A stretch of DNA of 63,819 nt, filler included, from Pseudovirgaria hyperparasitica (Eukaryota), in NCBI GenBank assembly GCA_010093815.1. It is 6 parts of 6 records of this genome, joined end to end, with 100 filler letters (N's around TTAATTAATTAA, not from the genome) between each part and the next. Parts side by side here need not be neighbours in the genome. Positions count along the whole stretch, not along the records: positions 19,205 to 31,718 come from ML996616.1; 5 more parts are not named here. The stretch is one strand, 5' to 3'. Positions 21,207 through 31,818 of the stretch are shown here, piece after piece. The position numbers and the translations under genes were made by a program. The notes beneath the pieces were generated by a model. The model ran no database searches, was not told where the DNA came from, and saw only the letters and a program-made list of their open reading frames with translations. How positions within the stretch are numbered: position 1 is the stretch's first letter; every line of letters starts with the position of its first letter.

Positions 21207-22920
21207 CTTTGGTTCAATGCTGCCGTAAGAACTACCAAAAGATGACTGTTTCTTCTGATGATCAGTGAGCCAAGAAAATCATACAAATTCAACCCTTGTG
21301 CATTAACAAGCCGCTTGATGGAGAATGAGGAGATACTTATGTGGCTCGGCAAGCCGTGTTACTGAGCCGTTTACATTGATATGCAGAGGACTTAGTGCGC
21401 GCCCTGTCGCTCCCATCGTCGCAAGAACCAAAGCAGCAGCTGGAAAGGCACGGTGGCCCTGCGCCCTTTCAAACTGCGCCTGCTGAACATTAGTCTTGTC
21501 GGAACTTAGGATTCCAAGCCATCCAGATCTTGTACTACCTCAACGAAGGAAGGACTCAATGAAAACGTTAAAGTGACAAACGATATTCCCGTTCAACTAC
21601 GTAGGATCTTCTTGCTGGATTCGCATTCGCGTCTTAATACACTACACAGGTATGGTTGGCGGTCGTAAATGGCGCGAGTGGCGCGAGTCCTGGAGAAGGG
21701 CGCGCAAGAGGCCCACTCTGTATATCGACGTTAGAGGCTCAGTAAGTTCTTGCCAGCGTCGCTCCCGGAGCGGCTCAGTTGAGTCTCGGTATTCTACGGT
21801 GTAAGCAATCAGTCGACTGAGTTCTAGGCAATCTCTTACAGCGCTGTGGTAAGATATACATATGTGACTCAGATGTGAGTTCTACGTGCTGAAAAGCAAT
21901 GTGCGCACAGCAGCACCACTACTCAGTACCGATTCGAATCACACCAAGACTTTACACGTCTCGGACTACGCTTAAATTCAAGCTCAAAGTGTAGTCACGG
22001 TAACGCTGTGGATATCCGGTCACAGCACAAGCCATGTAGCTCAATGCATGAGTCGCACGAGAAACGTCGATGCAAGTTAGTTGATCTTTTAGTAAGTTAT
22101 TCAGTAGTTATTGACCTTGTCAGGAAAGAATTTATTGACTATCCTATTCGATCCGTTTCGGGGGTTCACCGCTTGGACTCAGCATGAAAGCATCACGCTT
22201 TACAAATGATTTACTCGCCAGCTGTCGTATTCTATTCCCATTTGGCAGTCGAATAGAAAGTCGAGTGGCATGGAAAGAATGCTCAAATTCCCATCATCAT
22301 GTCCGCTAATAACGCCCTAACACCGCGTGTATTCCTTTCTTGCCATGGTCACTGCTTCTCCATTTTAGCACTTCCAGTCTATCTATAATAATAATAATAA
22401 TAATATTGTATAACTAGGTAGAGTAGTACTCTACAGGCCTATGCCTCCTCTAGTCTAAGCCACTATGTAAGAAGAAACCCCATAGGGAAAAACTTCCTTA
22501 TGTCTATAACTACATCTCGTTGAACCTCTGTTTCGTCTTGAGTATACAGCCATAGGGTACGCCTATTAGCCTACAGCCTGTGTTACCGTTGTTTTGCCCT
22601 CAGGCAGCACGTGCAGGTGCGGAGGTTATTAGTCAAGGGCTGCCCTCGACTAATAATCGGGGTTCTCCCGGGGTTCTTCCGGTATATGTCGGGTTGCTGC
22701 CGGCGTATGCCGGGTCTCTTCCGGCATATATTTCCGGGTCCACTGGTACTGGAGGAGTGGTAGATGTGTAAGCATCCATCGGGAGACGTCCTTGGGGTAC
22801 TCATTAAGCCATCGTGCGATATCTGAAGTCTTCGTGACGTGGATGAGCCATTGCCGTTGTGTATGGAGGTTGGGGCATATAGCTAGATAGTGGCGTATTG
22901 TACCTCTCCGGCCGCACGCC

Positions 22921-25692
22921 TCACACCGGGTTGTCTCGGACTTCTTGTGCTACTTGGCTGGAGTCGGCTTCTATTGAGCACCTGTACCGTATTCGATTCC
23001 GGCCTGTGTGTAGGAGTGCGCGGCAATGTGTGCTGATTCGTGCGCGTCGCGCGGCGAAAGTGTGTTCTGCGTTTCCTATGCGTTCCTGTGCTTGTTGTTT
23101 GGTGAAGTATGCCACCCTCTGTGTCTGGCAGAAGTCATGTATGCTTGTGACGTCTGTCTCGCGTCGCAGCAGCACCGTGTTGGTAGCTTTGTATGCGCCT
23201 GATATGAGACGGAGTATGCGGTTCTGTATGGATTCGAGCTTCATTCGCCTGGTCTGTGTAAGGGCCGTGTACCAGCACTCGTGTCCGTACGTGAAGGCGG
23301 GTCGTGCCATAGATATATATAGCTGGCGTGCCTTATCCCGGGCGGTTCCCCACGTGGAGGCTGTAATCCGTCGTATGGCGGCTTCTGCCCGGAGGGCCCT
23401 GGAGACGGCGTATGCCACTTGTGGTCCCCATTTAAGCTTGCTATCTAGTATGACTCCGAGCGCGCGCATGCTTTGTGCTGGTGGTTCGTTGAATGCGTCG
23501 ATTCGGGGGCGTCGTTCGCCTTCCCTAGTTGCCCATTTCCCTTGACGATTGATGAAGTGCATGAGCTGGTATTTCTCCGGGGCGAACTTTGCTCCGTGGC
23601 GTTTTGCCCACTGGAGGCACCTCTCGTGGTCCTGTTCTAGTCGTCTACACGTTCGGTTGGTATTATTATCGATGGCTAGGAGGTATGTGTCATCGGCGTA
23701 TCCGACTGCCTCTGTGTGCTTCATTCCTTGAAGAAGGTCTGCCGTAAAGAAGAGGAATAGGATCGGAGAGATGGTGCTCCCTTGTGGGATGCCGCATGCC
23801 GTCTCTTTGTATTCGCTCTGGTACCCAGGGATATGTATCTGAGTTGTTCTTCCTGTGAGGAATGACTGTATGAAGCGTGTAATCCATTCTGGTATTCGTC
23901 TCATCCGGAGGTTATGAATAAGTCTTGTGTGGTTTACCTTGTCAAACGCTCCGGCCATATCGAGGGAGAGGAGCGATACTACCCGTCCCTGTTTCCATGC
24001 GGCCTGGACGACTTCGATAATGTGTTGGATAGCTGTTATTGGGGAGCTACCTACCTTTGCCTTCTGGTTCGGAGGGAGGAGATTGTGTTCCTGTGCCGCG
24101 GTGCTCATCTTCTTCGCTATCGTGGCCTCTAGTATCTTGCCTAGGCAGGAGAGAAGGGCGATTGGTCTCCATCCCTTTAGGGAGTTAGGGCTCTTTCCTG
24201 GTTTCGGGAGCATGATGGTATGGGCGACTCGGAAGCACTGGGGGTGGTACCCCTGCGTGACGCATGCTTGGAATATACGAGTGATAAGCGGTAGGGTCGC
24301 TTTTATAGTGCTTTTTAGGCATCGATTTGGAATTCCATCTGGTCCGGGTGCTTTATCATTTGGGAGTGTCTTAATAATGTTAAGTATGTCCTCCTCCGTA
24401 ACTTCTTCGGGGATGTCTACCGCGTGTGGGTATTCGGCGCCGTGAACGTCTGATAGGTCTGCTGGTTCCGGGAGAGGGAACATGGCCTCCCGTAGGGCCT
24501 CCCGTAGGGCCTCAGTTTTCTCAAGGCTCGTGGAGTATGTTCTCCCCTGATGTATTAGGGGAGGCATGAGTGGCGGGGGTGTCGGAGTGTCTGCGCCCTT
24601 GGCCCATTTCGCCATGCGCCATAGCCCTGTTGCGTGTCGTGTCTGTTGACTGGTAATTATACGCCACTGTTTACGCCTTTCGTTACGGAGGACTTTGTCG
24701 CGTTGTCGTATCGCTTCCTTCCATTCTTCCCACGACTCGGGTGTTCTCGTACGGTGTGCGCGTGTGTATAGCCTTCGGGCGTCTTGTCTACTTTCCCGTA
24801 CTCGAGGAATCCCCTTTGCTTCCGGGGGCCGGTATATTCGGTATGGTACGTGTTTATTTCTCGCATTCTGGTATGTTTGTAGGAGTGTCTGTACGGCCTG
24901 GTCTATGGCTAGGTCGTTGGATACATCGACTGTAGAGGGATCTGGGATCGCCGATTCCAGGTCCTTCAGGTACTTTTCCCAGTCGGTGTCCTTCCATATC
25001 CATCGTCCCCGTTGTTCATTCGGGGTATGCACGTTTATTGCGGTTTCCATGCATTCGTGGTCGGAATCCGTCTGTACCTGGCCTGGGCGGCAGTATTGGA
25101 TCCGGTGACTGATGTGCTCCGTGGCGAAGGTGAGGTCAAGCGTGGACCCGTCTTCGTCCTGTTTATGTTTTTTCCATGTGACTTGTCCCACAGGTGTGAG
25201 TAGGTATAGGAAGTCGTGGCAGCGGGTGCGTAGTTCCCTTGCTCTGAGTTCTTCCCTGACCACGGCTGGGCCTCCCCACCATCGGTGGTGGAGGTTGAAG
25301 TCTCCTAGGAGGATGTGTTGCCCTGGTTCCGTGGTACCCTCGAGCATCTCGTCTGGTGTGAGTACACGTTGTTGGTTGTATGTGTTATGTATATGTAGGG
25401 GGCCTATATCTGTTTGTAGGTGTAGTGTTATCCTGAGGTTATCGCGCTCGGTGTACGACCATGATGAGAGTGGTATTGACCTATGAATGTGGAAGAGGAC
25501 TCGTCTTTCTGGTCCTGGAGGGTGTATAGTGTGGTATCCGGGGTGTGTGGTTGGTTTGCTCGTCTGGTAGTGTTTGTAGGGTTCCTGGATGGCGAGTATT
25601 GTGGCCCCGGTCTCTTCGAGGAGCGTCGCCTGGTTCTCTCTTTTATGTTGTACGTTTGCCTGTATAATTCGGAGTATATTCTGGTCCCTCAT
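22921..25692 (-). CDS. LINE ORF2: APE endonuclease + reverse transcriptase (C-terminally truncated)
   Basis: IIQANV, AIQEPY, LGDFNLHH, STLDLTF, SDH (APE); KAPGPDG, WRPIALLS, LDMAGAFD, GIPQGS, YADD (RT). Confidence 0.96.
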   Translation of the reverse strand: MRDQNILRIIQANVQHKRENQATLLEETGATILAIQEPYKHYQTSKPTTHPGYHTIHPPGPERRVLFHIHRSIPLSSWSYTERDNLRITLHLQTDIGPLHIHNTYNQQRVLTPDEMLEGTTEPGQHILLGDFNLHHRWWGGPAVVREELRARELRTRCHDFLYLLTPVGQVTWKKHKQDEDGSTLDLTFATEHISHRIQYCRPGQVQTDSDHECMETAINVHTPNEQRGRWIWKDTDWEKYLKDLESAIPDPSTVDVSNDLAIDQAVQTLLQTYQNARNKHVPYRIYRPPEAKGIPRVRESRQDARRLYTRAHRTRTPESWEEWKEAIRQRDKVLRNERRKQWRIITSQQTRHATGLWRMAKWAKGADTPTPPPLMPPLIHQGRTYSTSLEKTEALREALREAMFPLPEPADLSDVHGAEYPHAVDIPEEVTEEDILNIIKTLPNDKAPGPDGIPNRCLKSTIKATLPLITRIFQACVTQGYHPQCFRVAHTIMLPKPGKSPNSLKGWRPIALLSCLGKILEATIAKKMSTAAQEHNLLPPNQKAKVGSSPITAIQHIIEVVQAAWKQGRVVSLLSLDMAGAFDKVNHTRLIHNLRMRRIPEWITRFIQSFLTGRTTQIHIPGYQSEYKETACGIPQGSTISPILFLFFTADLLQGMKHTEAVGYADDTYLLAIDNNTNRTCRRLEQDHERCLQWAKRHGAKFAPEKYQLMHFINRQGKWATREGERRPRIDAFNEPPAQSMRALGVILDSKLKWGPQVAYAVSRALRAEAAIRRITASTWGTARDKARQLYISMARPAFTYGHECWYTALTQTRRMKLESIQNRILRLISGAYKATNTVLLRRETDVTSIHDFCQTQRVAYFTKQQAQERIGNAEHTFAARRARISTHCRALLHTGRNRIRYRCSIEADSSQVAQEVRDNPV

Positions 25693-27140
25693 TGGGTACT
25701 AGGGAGTGTATATGCCTGCATGCTTATTCCTCGGAGGCGCGACTGTCCTCGCGCGGCAGCGGCTTTAACTATGCCTTTTGGTCGTCCCATCGTCTTCGGG
25801 ACAGTCTGCCATCCCGCCTGACTACCTTCCGGAGGGGAGGTTGGGGGTGTTGCAAAGGAAGGGCCCGTGGTGGGTGTCATGTTCTGTAACCATCTCGCGC
25901 CTCTCGCTTTTATCGTGCGAATGTATTCTGTGACCTGTTTGCGTTTTGTGCACGTTGACGACCACGACGGGTGTTTCCCGTCGCAGTTTGAACACTGTGC
26001 TGTGTCCCTGTTTCTTGGTCCGTCTCCTCGCGGTTCATGAGGGCACTCCTGGGTGGCGTGGTCCCCACGGCACCATCCGCACTTGGTCTTCTGTGAGCAC
26101 CTTTGTGCAGTGTGTCCATACCCTTGACAGTTGAAGCACTGTGTCATTGCCCATGCCCTATCCCATGGCTCGGCCATGAGGAGCTCTCCTTCTGCTAGGA
26201 ATCCCTCCTGTGTAATGCGTTGTGCGAGGGCGGGGTCTCGGAGCTCCACAATTATAGTGGAGTGTTTTTTCGCCGTCGTCTTAATCGCCTGTGGGTTCTT
26301 CCACCACGCTTTCACGATCTTAATCCCTGGGTATTTTCGCGCGTTGGATTGTTCCATGCGCGTAATATCCTCCGCTCCGATAGCCTGTCCCCGCACGGGT
26401 ACTGCGTGTACCATAATCGGGTATGTGGCTGCCCTAATGGACGCGCCGGGGAAGATGCTGCCTATCGCGTTCGGATCTCGCGAGATGTTTTGCTGCGCAG
26501 TATTCGTTGTGGTAGTGAGTACTACCCCACCTGGCGTAACTTTAGCAGCCACGACGCTCGACCACATTCCTTTCTGTTCGTTAATCTTGTTTACAATTTC
26601 CTTTGGGGATGCCTGTTGGACCTGCGCCAGCGTGTCCTTGTCCTGGATTGCGACACGTATACTACATGCTCCATCCATGGTCCTGGTGGTCCTTGGTGCG
26701 GTGGCTCCGGGTGTTGCTGCAATCTGAGCCCACGTGTTAGGGCGCTTACCTTGGGATAGCTCTTCCTGGATTCTCCGCAGGCTGGCTTCCATTCGGTCGA
26801 GCCTACCACTGGGTTCCTCTCGTGGCGACTTCCTTTCTTCCTCCGTGATTCCTCTTAGGTTCCGGATAAGGTCCCGGAATACATGAAGGAGGGTCTTCTT
26901 TCCCTCCTCGGCGTCCCTCTCTGCACGTGTTGCCTGGTATTCGATTTTGTCTAGGAGGGTCTCCCCTCTCGGGGTCCCCTCGGTCTGGGTTGTCTGTGGC
27001 GCTTCGCACCCTTGGTTAGTTCCTGTATTTTGGACAGGTGTCTGGCTGTCCACATTGATGTCGCTATATGGCCGTTTCTGCCGTACTGGTGGGGGCATAT
27101 CCGGCGTATGCCGGGGTATTGCGATGCCTGAGGCCGCCAT
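25689..27140 (-). CDS. LINE ORF1, gag-like nucleic-acid-binding protein
   Basis: Three Cys/His knuckles: CFNCQGYGHTAQRC, CGWCRGDHATQEC, CSNCDGKHPSWSSTC. Confidence 0.95.
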   Translation of the reverse strand: MAASGIAIPRHTPDMPPPVRQKRPYSDINVDSQTPVQNTGTNQGCEAPQTTQTEGTPRGETLLDKIEYQATRAERDAEEGKKTLLHVFRDLIRNLRGITEEERKSPREEPSGRLDRMEASLRRIQEELSQGKRPNTWAQIAATPGATAPRTTRTMDGACSIRVAIQDKDTLAQVQQASPKEIVNKINEQKGMWSSVVAAKVTPGGVVLTTTTNTAQQNISRDPNAIGSIFPGASIRAATYPIMVHAVPVRGQAIGAEDITRMEQSNARKYPGIKIVKAWWKNPQAIKTTAKKHSTIIVELRDPALAQRITQEGFLAEGELLMAEPWDRAWAMTQCFNCQGYGHTAQRCSQKTKCGWCRGDHATQECPHEPRGDGPRNRDTAQCSNCDGKHPSWSSTCTKRKQVTEYIRTIKARGARWLQNMTPTTGPSFATPPTSPPEGSQAGWQTVPKTMGRPKGIVKAAAARGQSRLRGISMQAYTLPSTQ

Positions 27141-27574
27141 GGTTATTAGTCAAGGGCAGCCCTTGACTAATAAAAGGGGGTCGGCGTGTCGGCGTTTGTT
27201 GGATGTGGTCTGTGCTCGTGTTGTCGAAGAGTCTTCGAGCGTATGTATGTAGTGTCTCTACACGTCGGTATCGTCGCGTATTGTACGCTGCACGTACGCA
27301 CGTGTGTCGGAGGTTGTTGTACTCGGTGTGCTCTATCGTTTGATGTATGTAAATCGCTGTTTTGCCCCGAATTGACCAGTTTGGTCCGTTGGGGTGTGAG
27401 AAGTTTTTTTTTCTCCAGTCTATCTATAGGAATTACGAGTAAGAGAATGGATCTATTCAAAGACCGTGTATTATAACTCCCTAACGCCTACATAAACCTA
27501 CTCATCGAGTCTCTACGTATGTTTCAGCTTAGACTAGAAGAGGCCTAGCCTATAGAGCCTACGCTCGCTATCAG

Positions 27575-28035
27575 TATCGCAGGAGCCCTTGTCTAGGAGC
27601 CATTGAACGACTTCAAACTGGCCGTGCGATGCTGCGATTAGCAATGACATTCTGATATAGTCTTGTGGCTATGGTGAGTAGTCCGAACTGTGCTATCAGA
27701 TGCAATGCAGAGGTTTCTCGTGGGTATTCCTAGCTGTAGCCACGAATGCGAAAGCTTGGGATCCATAGAACTTGAGCAGCAGACCGTACAGCGGCTGAGC
27801 TCTGCAGGAAATCACATACTTTGTCCGTAATCTTTTCTTCAACTTCCGCAACATGGCTCCCACAGTGTTTCGCGGCATAGTCCAGAAACAAGTATCTGTT
27901 CTGCCTGGCTTCGAAGCGCGCGTCGTCCGCGCTGCTGCCACTTCTAAAGCTTGAAAAAGACAGATCCGATACGTTGTACAGGTTTTGGCTATGTCCACTC
28001 GCGCGCCAGGTAGCCATCGTTCTCGCATCCACGAA
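27575..28035 (-). pseudogene. Fragment of a NACHT-ankyrin (NLR-like) gene
   Basis: Across frameshifts and one stop it reads RERWLPGARVDIAKTCTTY/LSFSSFRSG...FEAR...YLFLDYAAKH...GYS*EYPRETSALHLIAQFGL.../SLLIAASHGQFEVVQWLLDKG. This resembles the post-NACHT helical region and first ankyrin repeats of fungal NLRs. Confidence 0.7.
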
Positions 28036-29115
28036 AAATATTAGGCGAAGAATACAACAGCTTAGACTAGAGGAGGCACAGCCTGTAGAGTAAAAAATAA
28101 CTCTACCTAGTAATGCTGGCAACCTACGGCCAATTTTAACAGCTGGTTTCGATGCTCCTGACGGATGGTCACCTCGTCGACTGAGCGATTGTATGATCCA
28201 ACAACTGCTTGAGAGACTACTTCGCGAAGGCTGGCTATAACTTGATGAGATGGCTAGATGGGTATACGAAGAGTCTAACCTCACTGTATCTCAACAGCTT
28301 CTATCTAAAGAGTTGTCTGAGCGAGGCTGGGATCGTAAGCTATTGAAACGTATTAGTAGTGCGCGCTCAGAGACAGCACCCACTCCATACCAGCAGACTC
28401 TTACGTGTTCTTGGATGATGGATGGAGGCGTCGAGCAAGAGCACCGAAAGGACAGACTCCGACCATACCTACTGCCTGCCCTTGAGGTAAAACCCCGGGC
28501 GTGCGAGGACAATCATTATGGATAGTCTCGCGCTTCATACGAATCAACAGATTCAGCCATATTGTACGATATACGCAACTGTGCTCGTCACCAACCTCGA
28601 ACTTTCGAGGACTTCCTCCACATCGCCTTTACACATAGCCACGCCGACCATTGAGCTCTACGCTTCTTTACACATGCCGCAGATGGGTATTCCATTGATG
28701 AGACGCTCCGGCAGAGGGTAGTAGCGATTACTCCAAGATACACCATATAATCCCTATCTAAACACCAGCTGTGCTAAGCATCTCCTCAATATAGCAGTAC
28801 TTCAGAGCAAGCCGCTGAGGAGCTGGGGTTGCTGATAGATGCTGGGAGGCAAGCCAGTTTCTCTTGCACGGCAGCCGCTTGGGCCTTATAATCCATTTGT
28901 TTTTGACCACTACCAGGCCTGCATAGATGCTCTATGTATAGAGTAAGAGTATATATAGAAGTATATATATTTATANNNNNNNNNNNNNNNNNNNNNNNNN
29001 NNNNNNNNNNNNNNNNNNNNNNNNNNNNNNNNNNNNNNNNNNNNNNNNNNNNNNNNNNNNNNNNNNNNNNNNNNNNNNNNNNNNNNNNNNNNNNNNNNNN
29101 NNNNNCACAGCAGTC

Positions 29116-30810
29116 ATGAGCACCAGTATGAACACCAGCAAGGAGCATTCCACCGACACGGCTTCAACGCTGCTGCAGGCCTCGCAGCCTCCACTTGATA
29201 CTCAAGAACACAAACCCAAGGCGCAGGCTGCTGAGTCTGGCAGCGATCTCCTCATCCCTGATAAGAACATCGAGCCACGTCAGCAGCGGACCCCGTCTCT
29301 AACACCAGAACCAGCGTCAAGACCCAGCGAAGAGCAAAGCAATATCTCAACGAGCACAGCGCCGCCGCCGCTGCAGGCTCTGCAGCCTCCACTTGACACG
29401 CACAATGACCAACTCAGGGCGCGCGGTGCTGAGTCTGACAGTCCTCTTTTCGTCACTGATAGTGAGACAAAGCCACGCCAGCAGCTAGCCACGTCTCAGG
29501 CGCCCGAACCATCGTCAGGACCCAGCAAGTCGGATGAGACCATTAGCCAACCTGTAGCACCGATGACTCAAGCATCGCAGGCTTCTCATAAGAGTGCTAA
29601 CTTGAAAGTTGATGACAGCATAAAAAGAAAGCGCATGAAAAAGGCCGAGCGCAGGCGCAAGCTGGCCGCAAGGACCTCGGACGACCTTGAAGATGGAGAG
29701 GCAATGGAAGTTGATGTGGATCTCCCACCAGTCCCCGAGTCCAGCGAGCATCGGGAACATTATAGAAGCATGCATACCCAGGCTTATGGATATGTCCTTG
29801 CATTCGTGCGGGATGAAGAAGCGGGCGCAAGATTGCAGATTGACAAAATCAACCAAGATATTCTCGACTACAACAACAGAGCACAGCTACCCAAAGAGCA
29901 CCTGACCGATGGAATCATCGGCCACGAGGATCTAAAACACGTCATCGACGATATCCTTACAGCGCGTGCTAAAGTTGACGAAGACCCAGACGACCAGACG
30001 AGAGTGGAGGCCCTCGGCGCAGCCACTGCGACGCTCGATAAACTCAGCAAAGACCGTGCCTATCCAGAAAGCTGGACAGAACTCCTCCGGGAGTGTGGCG
30101 GAAAGGGCGGCAAAGACACTGCGCAGGCCGCTGTGGCTGATCCACTGACTAAGCTGTGGACATGGGCGACAGGCACTTCGAAGGATGGGAAACGTATCAT
30201 GGCATGGCGCCCTTGTGGCAGCGGCACCCGCTGCGTGGTCGAGGAAACAGCCGGCTGCCCCGTCTGGACCATCAAGTCCGGGTCTGAGGTTGGCCTTCGC
30301 CAAGTCGAACAGTACAAACAGGTTCCCAGAACACTACAGCTTGCCGGAACCGGGGTAGAAAAGCGTAAATGGTCGTACAAAGACCGCGGAAAGTATGAGA
30401 GCCTACTCGCGGTGACAAGTCCCGAATACAAGACGCATAACGGTACAAATAGTCCCAGGACTCCAGAGACACACTGCTGGATTATATGGAGCAACGAACT
30501 GCACCATCTGACTAGATCAGATCTGTGTAGGGTGCTGGGGAAGGAAAGTGCGAACAACGACATTAACACTCTGTGCAAGAAACATGGAAAGCCGACGCTG
30601 CACGAGATTCAGCCACAGACATCTCTCCGCCCTGGGGTTGACTCGTCCCAGCTCAAGGTTGCAAAACCAGATTCGAGATCGATCGAAGATAGGTTCCTTA
30701 GGTTGGAACAGAAGATACAAGAGCAGCATTCAAGGTTTGATCAGTCCTTTTTGAGTACCAAGGACGAGATATCTAAATTTATTAGTTCGCTAGAGGATAC
30801 ATCAGGCTGA
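29116..30810 (+). CDS. Hypothetical protein (564 aa): repeated disordered N-terminus, globular-looking C-terminal half, terminal coiled coil
   Basis: Long uninterrupted ORF with a ~70-aa duplication (LQAxQPPLDT...AES...PRQQ...PEP) and a basic KRKRMKKAERRRK patch. The start lies next to an N gap. Confidence 0.75.
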   Translation: MSTSMNTSKEHSTDTASTLLQASQPPLDTQEHKPKAQAAESGSDLLIPDKNIEPRQQRTPSLTPEPASRPSEEQSNISTSTAPPPLQALQPPLDTHNDQLRARGAESDSPLFVTDSETKPRQQLATSQAPEPSSGPSKSDETISQPVAPMTQASQASHKSANLKVDDSIKRKRMKKAERRRKLAARTSDDLEDGEAMEVDVDLPPVPESSEHREHYRSMHTQAYGYVLAFVRDEEAGARLQIDKINQDILDYNNRAQLPKEHLTDGIIGHEDLKHVIDDILTARAKVDEDPDDQTRVEALGAATATLDKLSKDRAYPESWTELLRECGGKGGKDTAQAAVADPLTKLWTWATGTSKDGKRIMAWRPCGSGTRCVVEETAGCPVWTIKSGSEVGLRQVEQYKQVPRTLQLAGTGVEKRKWSYKDRGKYESLLAVTSPEYKTHNGTNSPRTPETHCWIIWSNELHHLTRSDLCRVLGKESANNDINTLCKKHGKPTLHEIQPQTSLRPGVDSSQLKVAKPDSRSIEDRFLRLEQKIQEQHSRFDQSFLSTKDEISKFISSLEDTSG

Positions 30811-31155
30811 AACATCCTTAGAGCACGGTTTTTGAATAGATCTATCCTCTTACTCATAGTTCCCATAGAGAGAATGGCCACAGTTAAAGGCTTGAAGCAC
30901 TTTATTATCAGACACTTCAAATGCTAAAATGGAGAAGCAGCTTAACCAGACAGAGGAAATTATTTGTAAAGCGTGATGCTTTCATGCTGAGTCCAAGCGG
31001 TGTACCCACGAAATGGATCGAATATTACTAAAAGATTAACTAAAAGATAATCCCTTTTACGGAATTAAACTTGTAGTATAGAAAACATACCTTAAAGTAT
31101 CCAAACTAATATGCTGAGCCATGAGCGTACTGAGTCGGTATCACTGATTCGAGAT

Positions 31156-31247
31156 CCATGCCCTTACTGAGCCATGCCCTTACTGAGCCATGCCCTTACA
31201 TAGCCATGCCCTTACATAGCCATGCCCTTACTGAGCCATGATCTTAC
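31156..31247. repeat. 16-bp tandem repeat CCATGCCCTTAC(TG/AT)AG x5-6
   Basis: Directly visible. Confidence 0.95.
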
Positions 31248-31818
31248 CCAGGCGTTTACTAAAAATAGCCAACGAAGCAGTCTCTATCCAGCCTGATCAG
31301 TCTATGTCGAATCTTCGCTTTCGTCAAGATATTTCAGAGCGAACTCGGCGGCTTCATGCTCAGCTTGTTTTACCAGATCTCTGTAACGCGGGGCTTCTGT
31401 GCCATGGGTTGCGTTCTTGATCGGCCACGAGTTACGTGAGAGCGGCAGATCTCCAGGTTCCTGCAAAGTTTGTGGCTGCGGCGCAGCAACAGACCGATGG
31501 CTTACGATTAGAGCTGCTAGTTTCTAACACACGACTTGAATTTCTTTCACTTTTCACTTTTCACTCCTCAACTTTTGTTCCTAGTGAAAGAACCTCTCAT
31601 CTTTGCAGCTATCACACTACTACACTACGACTCCTTTCACCCGCGCCTGAGACTTTTAAAGACATATATTTGCTAGAGCTGGGGAAGACTCCGCTAGCTC
31701 ACTCTTTCTGCAAACGTGNNNNNNNNNNNNNNNNNNNNNNNNNNNNNNNNNNNNNNNNNNNNTTAATTAATTAANNNNNNNNNNNNNNNNNNNNNNNNNN
31801 NNNNNNNNNNNNNNNNNN

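Larger units (their letters stand above)
22388..27413 (-). mobile_element. Tad1-like non-LTR retrotransposon (LINE), un-RIPped, with an internal deletion
   Basis: 15-bp TSD TCCAGTCTATCTATA at 22373-22387 and 27414-27428, (TAT)n 3' tail, and ORF1 + ORF2 overlapping at ATGA. Confidence 0.96.

Noticed and set aside
1..31718. Calling the region a Starship
   Set aside because: The cargo-like content is suggestive, but I see no DUF3435 tyrosine-recombinase captain and no defined boundaries in the window.
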